From an uncultured delta proteobacterium (GTDB lineage: Bacteria > Desulfobacterota > Binatia > Binatales > Binataceae), in NCBI GenBank assembly GCA_963842085.1, contig CAWJET010000001.1, positions 1,664,001 to 1,728,000 of the forward strand: 64,000 bases of DNA, given 5' to 3'. The translations under genes were made by a program, and so were the position numbers. The number at the start of each line of letters is the position of its first letter. The stretch's first letter is position 1. Shown piece by piece: positions 1 through 12,857 of this stretch. Below the pieces are notes generated by a model. The model searched no databases and was not told the DNA's origin. It was given only the letters and a program-made list of their open reading frames with translations.

Positions 1-1695
1 GTTGCTAAGTTCACGCTGCTTGCCGACGCCGGCCAATCCGGGAACCACGATGGCCTGCGCATCAGTCGGACGATCCGGCAGCCAAGTGGTGGTTTCCTGA
101 GCCGTCAGGAACGTGTGCTGCTTCGATAGCCACGGGATGTAGGTCGGACGGTCACCCGCAATGATCCAGCGGGTCAGCTCGGTCCAGGCCGTTCCCCCCG
201 GATAGCGGGTGGGGACGCCATTAATGGCCGCGGGCGTGGAGACCGCGTGATCCGGCTGGTACAGAAAGTCGTATCGGTACACGATGTCGGTCAAGTCTTT
301 ATCGTAATAGGTTCCCGTCAAGCCGAAGAACTTGTTGCGGACGATGTCATTCGAGCTGACGATATTAACCGATCCGGCCTTGGCCACACCCGCGCGAGGG
401 TTGCCATGCGTATAGTGGCCAGGAGTGACGAAGACTCCGGGGGCAGCGGTGAACGAGCCCGGCAATCCCGTGACGGCCGGTCCGCACCAGAAGCACGTCT
501 GACTGCGCGCATCGCGGTATTCGTACAGAAAGATGAAGCTGGCCTGGAGCCCGTTTCCAATTGGCAGCAGGCTCGAATAACGCATGCCAAATTCGCTGTT
601 TTCTATCGAGTTTGACGGGGTCTTGCTGATACTCTGCAGGATAACGTCGTAGAATTGACCATACTGGTGCTTGCCAATTTTGGGCCCGACAGGCAGGAAG
701 ATCATTGCCTTGTCGTCGGCGTTGGGCAGCTCATTGACGTTGAGTTGCTGGCCGTTCTGGTTGATGCTCAGCGGAAACGGAGTGTCACCCGGGCCGCATG
801 CCCCTGCCGGTAAATTGCAGCCACCGCCCAAGGCGGCCGGAACCACCCACGGATTGCGCGGGTCGGTTTGAGCTTCAAGCCCGGCGGCCTGGAAGTCGCC
901 GGGGATCCAGAAGCCTTCAAACTCGTTGTTGGCAGTCTTTTCGAAATCGGGCAGGATGTAGTTGAGCTTGACCATCCGGACGTTTGTGCGCACGTCCTCG
1001 GCCGACTCCGCGCCGTAAACTCCGTGCCATCTGGCGTTAACCGGGTTGGTGACTTCGGTTCCGGACAGCGCATCGGCTTCCGACCAGATGACCTGCTGCT
1101 TGCCGATGCGAGCAGAGAGGTTGTCGGTAAAGTTCAACTGCGCATAATACTCGCGCAGATCGTTCTTGAAATATTCGTCCTGCAGCGCGCGGCCCCCTTG
1201 CGCCGAGTACGGGATCACGTCGGTGTTCGGCCGCTGCCGGCCACTGTTTTTGATCGAGCCGAACGAGTCGTACCACGGCCGGTAGTAGGCGAAGAAATCC
1301 GCATCCTTGATCAGCAGCGTGTCGAAGCGGCCCAGCAGTTTGTAGTTCTTGATCATGTGGTAATCGGGACGCACGTCTGCCAGGTTGCGCTGCTCAACCA
1401 GATCCCAATGGTTGAAATCGAAACTGCCGCCGTTCATCCCGAACGACTTGCCGGGCGATTGGAACGTCGTAGTGGGTGTTGGATGTGTGGTCAACGTCGG
1501 CGTCGAGTTTCTGCTGGAGCTGCCTTCGCCCCAGCGACCCGCCTCGCGGGTTTCAAAATAGCCGAAGACCGAAAAGTCGCCCTGCGTGATCGTCGCCATT
1601 GCGACCGAGGTCCATAGCGTCCCGACCGTTGCCACGGCAGCCACCAACAAACTCCGCCACCGCGTTCCTCCGAAACCCTTGTTCCCGTTCTGCAT
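1..1695 (-). CDS. DUF1302-family secreted/outer-membrane protein, 3' end runs off the window (absent from ORF track)
   Basis: ATG at 1695 after a G-rich RBS. Translates MQNGNKGFGGTRWRSLLVAAVATVGTLWTSVAMA (signal peptide), then KQQVIWSEADALSGTEVTNPVNARWH and DRPTYIPWL, motifs typical of DUF1302. No stops in the segments I read. Confidence 0.75.
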   Translation of the reverse strand, partial: MQNGNKGFGGTRWRSLLVAAVATVGTLWTSVAMATITQGDFSVFGYFETREAGRWGEGSSSRNSTPTLTTHPTPTTTFQSPGKSFGMNGGSFDFNHWDLVEQRNLADVRPDYHMIKNYKLLGRFDTLLIKDADFFAYYRPWYDSFGSIKNSGRQRPNTDVIPYSAQGGRALQDEYFKNDLREYYAQLNFTDNLSARIGKQQVIWSEADALSGTEVTNPVNARWHGVYGAESAEDVRTNVRMVKLNYILPDFEKTANNEFEGFWIPGDFQAAGLEAQTDPRNPWVVPAALGGGCNLPAGACGPGDTPFPLSINQNGQQLNVNELPNADDKAMIFLPVGPKIGKHQYGQFYDVILQSISKTPSNSIENSEFGMRYSSLLPIGNGLQASFIFLYEYRDARSQTCFWCGPAVTGLPGSFTAAPGVFVTPGHYTHGNPRAGVAKAGSVNIVSSNDIVRNKFFGLTGTYYDKDLTDIVYRYDFLYQPDHAVSTPAAINGVPTRYPGGTAWTELTRWIIAGDRPTYIPWLSKQHTFLTAQETTTWLPDRPTDAQAIVVPGLAGVGKQRELSN

Positions 1696-2280
1696 AGTCA
1701 CCCCCAAGCTGGAGCCCTCGTGGTTACGTCGAACTCCTCGCCCGGCCCACCGGGCAAGCGTCAGACACTCGTTCCCCGTTCGTGCGTAAGGAACCTACGA
1801 ACGCGGCTTAGCTACCATTCCCCGGCGTACCTTGTCAAGAAGGGAGCACGAGCCGGTCACACGTTTGCAACATTCCGTTAAGCGCCGAGTGATATCGACG
1901 ATTCCGGATTTCGGGCAACGCGCAGGGGTGCGTTCTTCCGGTTTTGGTGCTACCCAGAGTGCCGGACGACCCCATTCCCAAGGCACTAGCACTCTTTCTA
2001 CGCAAATGATTAAAGTCCCGTGTCAATCAGATGCCCACGATCGAGCGCGGGGCCGATCGTGAAGCGGATCATGAACAAAGAATTACGTCGCACTTGAATT
2101 TATCATCCGATCAGTGTAGGTACGACCACCGGATGCGCGTCCGGGGGGATTTCCGGACCTTGGCGGGGCTTCAGTTTGGCCTTGCGGAGAGAGGAAGAAC
2201 CGAATGGCCGCATGGGCTTTTCTAGGCTGATTGGGTCAGCAGACGGGACACCGATTCGACTCGGCGGGGGTTAGACACTA

Positions 2281-3654
2281 ATGATGCATGGAAGGATGCA
2301 GACGATGACTGAGGGCAACGATGGGATCTCGTTGGCGCATGGAGTGGCGCCGAAGTTGAGGGCGGTCGCTCCTCAGCTTTCGCTCGTGGCCGCGATGTTG
2401 TTGTTCGCTGCGTTCGTCGGGGGAACAACCGGCACCAGCTACGCGAAAAAGCCACCGAAGAGGGCTCTGCTTGACACGGTCGTCGTCTCAAATTACGGGA
2501 GTGCGTTCGCCGGCAGCATCGAGACATTTAGCGCGGGTGCACCCCGCAACTCGAAGCCTTTCTTGCGCATCACGGGCACGAACACGCTCTTGGGTATTGG
2601 TACTGGGCCGACTGGCGACGCGCAGAGCTCACTCGACGGCGACATAGTGGTGGGGGTGCCTCTCGTCCTTCTCCCCATCGGTTTCCCCAACGGGTTCGTT
2701 GAGGTCTTCTCCCCCGGCTCGAACGGTAATTCAGAACCAAAAAGCCTGATTGGCGATCCGACAGGATTCGACGTTACGGGCGTCAACCTTCCCCAGGGCG
2801 TTGGATTTGAAAACCCCTTCGACGGGGTTCATCCGTTCGGGGTCGATATATTAGCGGTCGCGAACACCCTTCCACTGGTGACTGCGCCAGATCTCCACAT
2901 CCCGGAACTTGGGTTATGCGCTCCGAATGCGCCCGGCTTCAGCTTGGGCACGATTACCGAGTATGACCACGAGACGTTGGCTCCGGGCCTCAATGTCATT
3001 CCCCCTTTCAACGACAGCCCGGTGAATGGCGGCGCGAACCCGGCCACGATCGGCGGATGCGACACTTATCTTGCCGGTCCGGTGGGCCTTGCGTTCGACG
3101 CCAAAGGCTTTCTGTATGCCGTGAACGAGGGTTTCGTGCCGACCACCTCGTACGTTACCGTGTATGAGCCTGGCGCGCATGGCAACGCGATACCAATAGC
3201 CATCGTAGGTACGGGTGCTCTCGTCAATCCGTTGTATGTCGCAGTCGCCTCAGGTCCAATAATGTTAGTGGACGGTGTCCCGCTCCCGCAGGACACTATC
3301 TACGTGACCGACGTGGGCGACAACAGCATCAAAATCTTCGCTCCTTTCGACCCGGCAACTTGCTTTACGCCGGCGCTTCCATTTGGCTGTTTCGGCACCC
3401 AGACCGGCACGATCAGCGGCGGCAGCACGAAACTCAAGCGGCCCGAAGGAATTGCGCTCAGCGCCGACGGCAATCTGTACGTGGTAAACAACAATGGAAA
3501 TTCGCTGGCGGAGTTTGCAGATATCGCAGCAGATCTCGGAGGCGGCGACATCGCGCCGACGTTTATGCTCCCCGGGGTCATCGGCGGGAAGGCCCCGGCA
3601 ATGAACTTCCCGGTCGGCGTTGCCCTGCCGGCGTTCCCGCCGCCGCCGCTTTGA
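2281..3654 (+). CDS. Secreted NHL-repeat/beta-propeller protein (start may lie slightly downstream)
   Basis: Hydrophobic signal segment and repeated units LAGPVGLAFDAKGFLYAVN, LKRPEGIALSADGNLYVVN, MNFPVGVAL. Confidence 0.75.
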   Translation: MMHGRMQTMTEGNDGISLAHGVAPKLRAVAPQLSLVAAMLLFAAFVGGTTGTSYAKKPPKRALLDTVVVSNYGSAFAGSIETFSAGAPRNSKPFLRITGTNTLLGIGTGPTGDAQSSLDGDIVVGVPLVLLPIGFPNGFVEVFSPGSNGNSEPKSLIGDPTGFDVTGVNLPQGVGFENPFDGVHPFGVDILAVANTLPLVTAPDLHIPELGLCAPNAPGFSLGTITEYDHETLAPGLNVIPPFNDSPVNGGANPATIGGCDTYLAGPVGLAFDAKGFLYAVNEGFVPTTSYVTVYEPGAHGNAIPIAIVGTGALVNPLYVAVASGPIMLVDGVPLPQDTIYVTDVGDNSIKIFAPFDPATCFTPALPFGCFGTQTGTISGGSTKLKRPEGIALSADGNLYVVNNNGNSLAEFADIAADLGGGDIAPTFMLPGVIGGKAPAMNFPVGVALPAFPPPPL

Positions 3655-3694
3655 GAAAATCAGCGGAACTATTCACTAGCTGACGAACTAAACG

Positions 3695-3732
3695 GCGAGC
3701 GCCGAATCCGGAAGACCGGATTCGGCGTTCGC
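3695..3732. terminator. 17-bp hairpin between convergent genes, likely bidirectional terminator
   Basis: GCGAGCGCCGAATCCGG-AAGA-CCGGATTCGGCGTTCGC. Confidence 0.6.
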
Positions 3733-3759
3733 GCTTGTGCACCAAACCGGCGCAATCGC

Positions 3760-4310
3760 CAGGCAGATTCTCCGCGAGCGACGCCGCGAGCAATCCGCCG
3801 ATCGCGCCACGAGCCGCCAGGCTCGGGTGATCCGCCTCGACCGCCACCTCGCGCTTGGCGGCGAGTTCGAGAACCAGCGCCGCGTCCACGCCTTCGACAC
3901 TGAACCTGACGAATTGGACCGCGCTGATGCTCTCGTCTGACATCTGACGATCGTCGAATCGCGCCGCTATTCTCTGCGGGCCAATCTTCAGCCACAGATG
4001 GCGCTCCAGTCCGACCAGCCGCACCAGCACGGCGTCGCGTTCGCGCGGCTCGGCGTACTCGATCAGCACGGTCGCAGCTAGTTCGCCCGCGGCTGGAATC
4101 AACTCGTTGTACGTGTCGATTTCGTGCTGGATCGCGTCGCGCTGCGTCATTTTCTCGGCCCGAATCATCTCTTCGACCTGGCACCACGCAGTCTGCGCAT
4201 TCTCGAAAATGAACGTGAGATGCGGGCCGACGTGGAGCGGCGCCGTTCCTTACATGAATGAATAAAGGGCGCAGCCTGTCGCGCACGCGTTCGTAATCGG
4301 CCAGCGAAAG
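3760..4310 (-). pseudogene. DUF3501-family gene remnant: 5'-truncated, frameshifted, stop codon apparently lost
   Basis: LSLADYERVRDRLRPLFIH in one frame, then K-E-R-R in a second, then LHVGPHLTFIFENAQTAWCQVEEMIRAEK...EIDTYNELIP...SAVQFVRF in a third. Two 1-nt losses near 4238-4252; no start codon upstream. Confidence 0.75.
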
Positions 4311-4386
4311 TGTTCTGTTGCAACGACTTAAGAAAATCGTCCAGCCAGGTTCGAGTCCTGACGCGACTTGCGGATCATGAGCGTGT

Positions 4387-4420
4387 GAGCGGCGTTTCAA
4401 AACGACTTGAAACGCCGCTC
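4387..4420 (-). terminator. Perfect 14-bp hairpin just downstream of katG
   Basis: GAGCGGCGTTTCAA-AACGAC-TTGAAACGCCGCTC. Confidence 0.65.
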
Positions 4421-4428
4421 CGCTGAGA

Positions 4429-7165
<2,737 letters not shown>

Positions 7166-7168
7166 AAC

Positions 7169-7209
7169 CTAGGTGATAATTACTATCATCTAGTTTTTGC
7201 TGTTGTCAA
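7169..7209 (-). promoter_or_regulatory. Fur/Per box overlapping a putative sigma70 promoter
   Basis: TGATAAT-T-ACTATCA at 7174-7188 is one mismatch from the 7-1-7 Fur box TGATAATnATTATCA and is flanked by CTAG...CTAG. TTGACA on the minus strand at 7209-7204. Confidence 0.75.
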
Positions 7210-7222
7210 GCTACTGCACGTT

Positions 7223-7260
7223 TGTCATTCTGAGCGGAGTTTGCGGAGCGAAGAATGACA
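7223..7260. repeat. REP-like palindrome, family C (GTCATTCTGAGC...GCGAAGAAT)
   Basis: TGTCATTCT...AGAATGACA; related copy at 27284-27314. Confidence 0.6.
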
Positions 7261-7266
7261 CGGTGG

Positions 7267-8553
7267 CTACAGTTGCGGCAGAAGCGGGGCGCGGCGGGAT
7301 TCGGGCTTGGTCAGCAGCATCTGCACGTCGCCGATATAACGCTCGCGGAAGCCGCCCTCGCAGTAGCAGAGGTAGAACTCCCACATCCGGATGAATTCTT
7401 CGGGATAGCCGAGCGCGCGCACGCGCTCGATGTTCTTGAACATCCTAAGCCGCCAGTTCTTCAAGGTCTCGGCGTAGTTGGGCGTGAGGTCTTCGAGATG
7501 AAACAGGCGCAGGTCGCTCGCGCGCGCGATCGAATCGCACAGCGCCGTGACCGACGGGATGAAGCTGCCCGGGAAGATGTACTTCTTGATGAAATCGACG
7601 CGCTTGAGCGCGCCCTCGTATTCGCGGTCGGTAATCGTGATCGCCTGCAACAGCATCATGCCGTCGGGCTTCAGCAGCTCGCCGCATTTACGGAAATATG
7701 AATCGACGAAGTGATGCCCGACCGCTTCGATCATCTCGATCGAGACGGCCTTGTCGAACTGGCCGGTCAGGTCGCGGTAGTCCTTGAACAGCACGGTGAT
7801 GCGCTCGGACAGGCCCTCAGCGGCGATCCGCTTGACGGCGTAGTCGTGCTGCGCGCGCGAAATGGTGGTGGTCGTGACGCGGCAGCCGTAGTTTTTGGCC
7901 GCGTGAATCGCAAACCCGCCCCATCCGGTACCGATCTCGACCAGGTGGTCGTGCGCGCGCAGATCTAGCTTGCGGCAGATGCGATCGACCTTGGCTGCCG
8001 CCGCTTCCTCGAGGGTGGCGTCGGGGCGCTCGAAGATCGCGCACGAGTACATCATCAGCGTGCGATCGAGAATCAGCTCGAAGAAATCGTTGCCGAGGTC
8101 GTAATGCGCCGCGATGTTGCGCTGGCTGCCGGTCCTGGTGTTGCGATTGAGGTAATGGATGAAGCGGCGGACGGGATTGGCGAGCCGCGCGAGGCCGCTG
8201 TCGATGCCCTCCATCACATCGCGGTTGCGAATCATGATTTGCACGAGCGCGGTCAGGTCGTCGGTCGTCCACGAGCCGGCCATGTACGCCTCGCCGGCGC
8301 CCACGCTGCCCGCGAGCGCGAGGTCGGAATAAAAGCGGCGGCCGTGAACGCGGATGGTGGCGCGCAAATCGGAGTCTGCAAGATCCTGGCCGAATGGGAT
8401 GCGTTCATCGCCGTCTTCGACTACGATACGGCCATTTTTGATTCCCGCCAGACGGTTCAGAACTGCGCCGCGCGCGAAACGGTCGATGACGGCCGGACGA
8501 CGCGCCCGGGCCGCATCGACACCCGACACGACAATGGAATCCGACTTGGCCAT
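7267..8553 (-). CDS. cfa: Cyclopropane-fatty-acyl-phospholipid synthase family SAM-dependent methyltransferase
   Basis: NIAAHYDLGNDFF, MYSCA, EIGTGWGG, SIEMIEAVG, FIKKYIFPG, RMWEFYLCYCEGGF. Confidence 0.9.
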   Translation of the reverse strand: MAKSDSIVVSGVDAARARRPAVIDRFARGAVLNRLAGIKNGRIVVEDGDERIPFGQDLADSDLRATIRVHGRRFYSDLALAGSVGAGEAYMAGSWTTDDLTALVQIMIRNRDVMEGIDSGLARLANPVRRFIHYLNRNTRTGSQRNIAAHYDLGNDFFELILDRTLMMYSCAIFERPDATLEEAAAAKVDRICRKLDLRAHDHLVEIGTGWGGFAIHAAKNYGCRVTTTTISRAQHDYAVKRIAAEGLSERITVLFKDYRDLTGQFDKAVSIEMIEAVGHHFVDSYFRKCGELLKPDGMMLLQAITITDREYEGALKRVDFIKKYIFPGSFIPSVTALCDSIARASDLRLFHLEDLTPNYAETLKNWRLRMFKNIERVRALGYPEEFIRMWEFYLCYCEGGFRERYIGDVQMLLTKPESRRAPLLPQL

Positions 8554-8622
8554 CTCGACGCATCGAATACACGCGACCGCATCGCGGCGCAAGCGCGGCG
8601 GACGGTAGAAGGGAAGAACTTA

Positions 8623-8692
8623 ATTGAATGTGAAACCCATCGTGGGTTTCACACTTCCCTGGGCAGGGGTGCCCCCTGCACCCAGCACTAAG
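8623..8692. repeat. Bipartite palindromic repeat, family A
   Basis: ATTGAA-TGTGAAACCCA-TCG-TGGGTTTCACA-CTTCCCT-GGGCAGGGGTGCCCCCTGCACCCAG; related copies at 24602, 53571, 60505 and 61960. Confidence 0.75.
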
Positions 8693-8789
8693 AGAAGATG
8701 CGGGACTTCGTCCCTGTCAGAGCGAGTTAGTGAGAGGGTGGCGAGGGTGAGTGCCCGCTTTCAAGGGAGAAGTAATTTCAGCCGAAGTT

Positions 8790-9908
8790 TCACGGGGCGG
8801 GCTCGGGCTCGGTGACGGCGACACCTGCACTGCGCGGTGCGATCTCGGAGAGCTGCGGGATGATTCGACTGCCGTCGCCGGCGTCGCGGCACGCCTCCGC
8901 AGCTGACGGCGTCGCAGCGGCTGGAATAGCGCGATTCTTTGCGACGACTGCGGCGCGGCGCTCATCGAGCAGGTCTTCTTCGAGGAGTTCGGGCGGTACC
9001 TGGCGGAGGTCCCAGATTATCCCGCACGCCTCGAGCAGCTTGAGTGCGTAGTATGTGATGTCGATTTCCCACCAGAAAAAACCGTTGCGGGCGGCTGCCG
9101 GGTAATGGTGGTGGTTGTTGTGCCATCCTTCGCCCAGCGTGACCATCGCGAGCGTGAAACTGTTGCGGCTGTCGTCGTTAGTCTCGTAGCGGCGCCGCCC
9201 GAACACATGCGCGAGCGAATTGATCGTAAAGGTGCCGTGCGCGAGCGCCACCGTCGAAATGAAAAATCCCCAGATGAGCATTTGTGCGCCGGTCGTGTGC
9301 AGGCCCGGCGCGTGGCGTTGGAGGAACGCACCAAGACCAAACAGTGCGAAGCCGAGAATGGTCGGGACCAGCACATCGAAGCGATCGAGAAACATCAGCT
9401 CGGGAAATTTGGCGAGGTCGCGCACGACGCGCAGCTCGGAGCGGAAGTTCGCCTCCGACGTGATCCATCCGATGTGGCTCCAGATGAAACCATGCTGGCG
9501 CGGCGAATGAACGTCGGCCGGCTCGTCAGAGCGCTGATGGTGCAATCGATGATGCGACGCCCACCACAGCGCACCGCGCTGCACGGCGGTCGCGCCAATA
9601 GCGGCGAAGATGAACTGGCCGGCGCGCGAAGTCTTGAACGAGCGATGCGAAAAATAGCGATGATAAAAACCGGTGATCGCGAACATCCGGATGAAATACA
9701 GCGCGACGGCGACGCCGGCCGCGACGGGGCTCCATCCGACCCAGATGACGCCGAGGCACATCAGGTGGACAACCACGTACGGGATGCATCGGAACCAATC
9801 GGTCTTCTGCGGCAGGTCGGCAGCGGGAGCGCCGCCGGCCGATGTGTCGAACCATCGCGCGACGGCGATCAAAAATCTTCGGGACTTACCCTCTGTCCAT
9901 GACGTCAT
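8790..9908 (-). CDS. Acyl-CoA (delta-9) fatty acid desaturase
   Basis: His boxes HRYFSH, HRLHH and EGWHNNHH; start MTSWTEG with GGGGAG RBS. Confidence 0.93.
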   Translation of the reverse strand: MTSWTEGKSRRFLIAVARWFDTSAGGAPAADLPQKTDWFRCIPYVVVHLMCLGVIWVGWSPVAAGVAVALYFIRMFAITGFYHRYFSHRSFKTSRAGQFIFAAIGATAVQRGALWWASHHRLHHQRSDEPADVHSPRQHGFIWSHIGWITSEANFRSELRVVRDLAKFPELMFLDRFDVLVPTILGFALFGLGAFLQRHAPGLHTTGAQMLIWGFFISTVALAHGTFTINSLAHVFGRRRYETNDDSRNSFTLAMVTLGEGWHNNHHHYPAAARNGFFWWEIDITYYALKLLEACGIIWDLRQVPPELLEEDLLDERRAAVVAKNRAIPAAATPSAAEACRDAGDGSRIIPQLSEIAPRSAGVAVTEPEPAP

Positions 9909-9993
9909 CCTGTCTCCCCGTTCCGTAGCGGAATTCCTAACCGCCCGGTGCCCGCTGATAATGCCCAGATTTGCGTATCTAAGTGAACAGGCG

Positions 9994-10866
9994 TCATTTG
10001 ACAACTGTAAGCTTCTCGATGTCGTCGAACCGCGTGTAATCGACGCTTCTGCTGCCGTCGGGATGGAGCACGAGCACATCGGCGAAGCGGGCGCCCCATA
10101 TGATCTCATGGAGCTCGAAGGTATGCCGCGCGTGGATGGTCTGCGAGAAGCTCTCGTCGAGGCCGGTGATCGACACGATGATTTCGGGCGCGGAACTGGC
10201 GAGCGATTCGCGCGTCTCGCCGAACAGCGGACTGCTCTCGACGATGCGATGGACCGCGGTCCACGACAATACGAACATCGCGCTGCGGTCGCGGGTGGTG
10301 GGAAGATCGTAGAAGCGGCGAATCGATTCACCCTCGGCAGTAATTTCCTGGCGGGCGAATACGACGTGGATATTCGCCTCGACGATTCGGTTCGCGCGCA
10401 TGTTAGCCATCCGGATCATCAGGCTGTTCACGCCGTCGCGCGGTCCGACAACCACATAGCGGCTGAACCTGACGCGCGCGGTGGGGCGCGAGAACTTTGA
10501 GAAAACCAGGCCGGTCATCAGCGCCAGCGCGAGCAACCCGGTGAGCGCCTCGATCGAAACCAAGATGTTCGAGAACAGTGTGACCGGCACCATCTGGCCG
10601 TAACCGATCGTCGCCATGGTCTGGACGCTGAAAAAAAACATGTCGGCGAACGAGCCGGAATGAGTGTTCTCGATACCCTGGTCGAGGTAGTAGCCGACCG
10701 CGAACAGCAGGTTGGCGACGGTGAACGCAATCGCGATCAAGGCGATGAGCAGCGGCCATGAAGCCGTCACCAGGTGATGGTAGAGGTCGTCGAGCGCGCG
10801 GGTCGGTGCGCCGCGAATCGGGCGGTCGCCCTTGATGCTGCCGGGTTGAGTTGGTCGCTTCGCCAT
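9994..10866 (-). CDS. KirBac-type inward rectifier potassium channel
   Basis: FFFSVQTMATIGYG selectivity filter; FSRPTARVRFS; SWTAVHRI. Confidence 0.93.
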   Translation of the reverse strand: MAKRPTQPGSIKGDRPIRGAPTRALDDLYHHLVTASWPLLIALIAIAFTVANLLFAVGYYLDQGIENTHSGSFADMFFFSVQTMATIGYGQMVPVTLFSNILVSIEALTGLLALALMTGLVFSKFSRPTARVRFSRYVVVGPRDGVNSLMIRMANMRANRIVEANIHVVFARQEITAEGESIRRFYDLPTTRDRSAMFVLSWTAVHRIVESSPLFGETRESLASSAPEIIVSITGLDESFSQTIHARHTFELHEIIWGARFADVLVLHPDGSRSVDYTRFDDIEKLTVVK

Positions 10867-10928
10867 CGCGGAGGAATACTAGCGGAGGGCGCTGCGCGCA
10901 GTCAGCAGGGGGATCGGGGCGAGTTGAG

Positions 10929-11873
10929 CTACCGCGCGAAGGCTGCTTTCAGGGCGTCTGCCGCCTGGCGCTGGCCTTCTTTGCCTTTGTCGAGGCCGTC
11001 GGCGAAGCTGACGAAGCCGTGGGTGACGCCTTCATAGCGGGTGCAGGTGGTTTTGACGCCGGCCGCGATCAGGCGCTCGGCGAATCGCTCGCCCTCGTCG
11101 CGCAGCGGGTCGTGACTGGCAGTCAGCACCAGCGCGGGAGGCAGGCTGGTCAAGTCTTTCGCGCGCAGCGGGCAGGCGTAGGGATTATTTTTTTCGGCGC
11201 CGGGGTCGGTGTAATTTTTCCAGAACCATTCCATATCGAGGCGCGACAGCACGTAGCCGTCGGCGGCGAATTCCTTCTGCGAAGGTGTGTCGAGCGCGCA
11301 ATCGGTGACAGGATAAAGCAGCAACTGGAAGTTGATCGCCGGAGCGCCGCGATCGCGCGCCATCATCGAGACCACCGCGGCCAGGTTTCCGCCCGCGCTG
11401 TCGCCGCCGACCGCCAGCCGTGACGAGTCCGCGCCGAGCGCAGCCGCGTTTTCGGCCACCCATTTCGTCGCGGCGTAGCAATCCTCGGCGCCGGCCGGAA
11501 AAACGTGCTCCGGCGCGAGGCGGTAGTCGACCGACACGACCACGCATCCGGCGCCGTTGGCGAGCGCGCGGCATACGCGGTCGTGACTCTCGAGATCGCC
11601 GAGCACCCATCCGCCGCCGTGGAAATACACCAGCACGCCCATCGGCGAATTTCCCTCGGGTGTATAAACGCGTGCCGCGATGTTGCCGGCGGCGCCGGGA
11701 ATGTGGCGATCCTCGACGCAATAGATGGGCGGCGGCGGAATCGGATTCGCCTCGAGTAGCGCGCGCATCTTGGCTCGCGCCTGCTCGGCAGTCTCCGCGC
11801 GCAGGAACAACGGACCGGCCGCGTTGAACGTGTCGAGCAGCAGCTTCATCTGGGGATCGAGAGCGCTTGTCAT
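10929..11873 (-). CDS. Alpha/beta hydrolase (HSL family esterase/lipase)
   Basis: YFHGGGW, GDSAGG, DPLRDEG, HGF. Confidence 0.95.
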   Translation of the reverse strand: MTSALDPQMKLLLDTFNAAGPLFLRAETAEQARAKMRALLEANPIPPPPIYCVEDRHIPGAAGNIAARVYTPEGNSPMGVLVYFHGGGWVLGDLESHDRVCRALANGAGCVVVSVDYRLAPEHVFPAGAEDCYAATKWVAENAAALGADSSRLAVGGDSAGGNLAAVVSMMARDRGAPAINFQLLLYPVTDCALDTPSQKEFAADGYVLSRLDMEWFWKNYTDPGAEKNNPYACPLRAKDLTSLPPALVLTASHDPLRDEGERFAERLIAAGVKTTCTRYEGVTHGFVSFADGLDKGKEGQRQAADALKAAFAR

Positions 11874-11970
11874 GCGAGATACTTAGGTTAGGCGGCACCG
11901 AGAGGCAAGCGCCGGAGTGTGCAGAGCGCTCTGCGAAACCATGAAAGTTCGCGCGCCAATGTGCGCGCGG

Positions 11971-12714
11971 CTAATTCTCGAAGCGGTGGAAGTCGGCGCG
12001 CCAGTGCGCGCGGAACCAGGGCTCGCCGTCGCGCGTGCCGAACACATCGGCGCTGACCACCATGTCGGCGCCGGCGATGCGGCAGTCGAGGTTGGTGGTT
12101 TCGTCAACCGCAAACGTCGGTGAGAAGGCATCGGCGCGGGTTCTGTACTCGTCGAAGTGTAAGCGCGAGCGCATCGTGGCGTAGGCGCGGCCGTCGGTCG
12201 CGATGGGCACCACGCTGCCGTGAGGATTGATAATTTTCTCACTCGGCGCGACGCCAATTTCGGTAAACGTGAGCATGAAGGGCTGACTGCCGACCTGTTT
12301 GTAGCAGAGCTGGTAGGTCTTCGGCGTCCAGAAGCCGATCTTGTGCGCGCCCGGTTCGCGCTGGATCCAATCGAGTTGATTGACCTGTCCATCCCAGCAT
12401 CCGCGGAAAACGGCCGGCAGGGCAGGAGCCGCCTGCGCCGTCATCGGTGCGGCGTTCACGGGCGGCGGCGGTGGCGGAACGGGTTGCGGCTGCGCAGGCG
12501 CGGGCCTCGATAATTGCGGCAGCAGTTGAATCGTATCGCCATTGTCGGGCTCATACGGCGCTGATGGCGGCGGTGCCTGGCGCGGCGGAACATACGGCTG
12601 ATACTGGTTCGCAGGTCCGGGGACCTCGAGGGTTGTCTGCGCGCGCGCGGATCGATTGGCAATCGAAGTCAGGACGCAGGCGAGAGCGCACACAATGAAA
12701 AAACGGATTCGCAT
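11971..12714 (-). CDS. Secreted Pro-rich hypothetical protein
   Basis: Signal peptide, Pro/Gln linker and Cys-containing C-terminal domain. Confidence 0.65.
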   Translation of the reverse strand: MRIRFFIVCALACVLTSIANRSARAQTTLEVPGPANQYQPYVPPRQAPPPSAPYEPDNGDTIQLLPQLSRPAPAQPQPVPPPPPPVNAAPMTAQAAPALPAVFRGCWDGQVNQLDWIQREPGAHKIGFWTPKTYQLCYKQVGSQPFMLTFTEIGVAPSEKIINPHGSVVPIATDGRAYATMRSRLHFDEYRTRADAFSPTFAVDETTNLDCRIAGADMVVSADVFGTRDGEPWFRAHWRADFHRFEN

Positions 12715-12857
12715 GGAGCAACTCGTCCCCACTTCATTATATACGAATTATTTCGAGTGCCGTTGCTTTTGGCGACCGCGCCATAGATTGACCCCCAAAC
12801 GACGGCTACCATCGAAAAAAGTTCGCAGCGCTTTCACGTAAGAAGTTGCCGAGGAAG

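Noticed and set aside
4346-4360. CAGG-TTCGAGT-CCTG resembles a tRNA T-arm
   Set aside because: No acceptor, D or anticodon arm can be built around it; at most a scar, not a tRNA gene.
8050-8062. Extra residue in Cfa (TLMMYS versus the usual TMMYS)
   Set aside because: A single in-frame codon difference with no evidence of functional effect.
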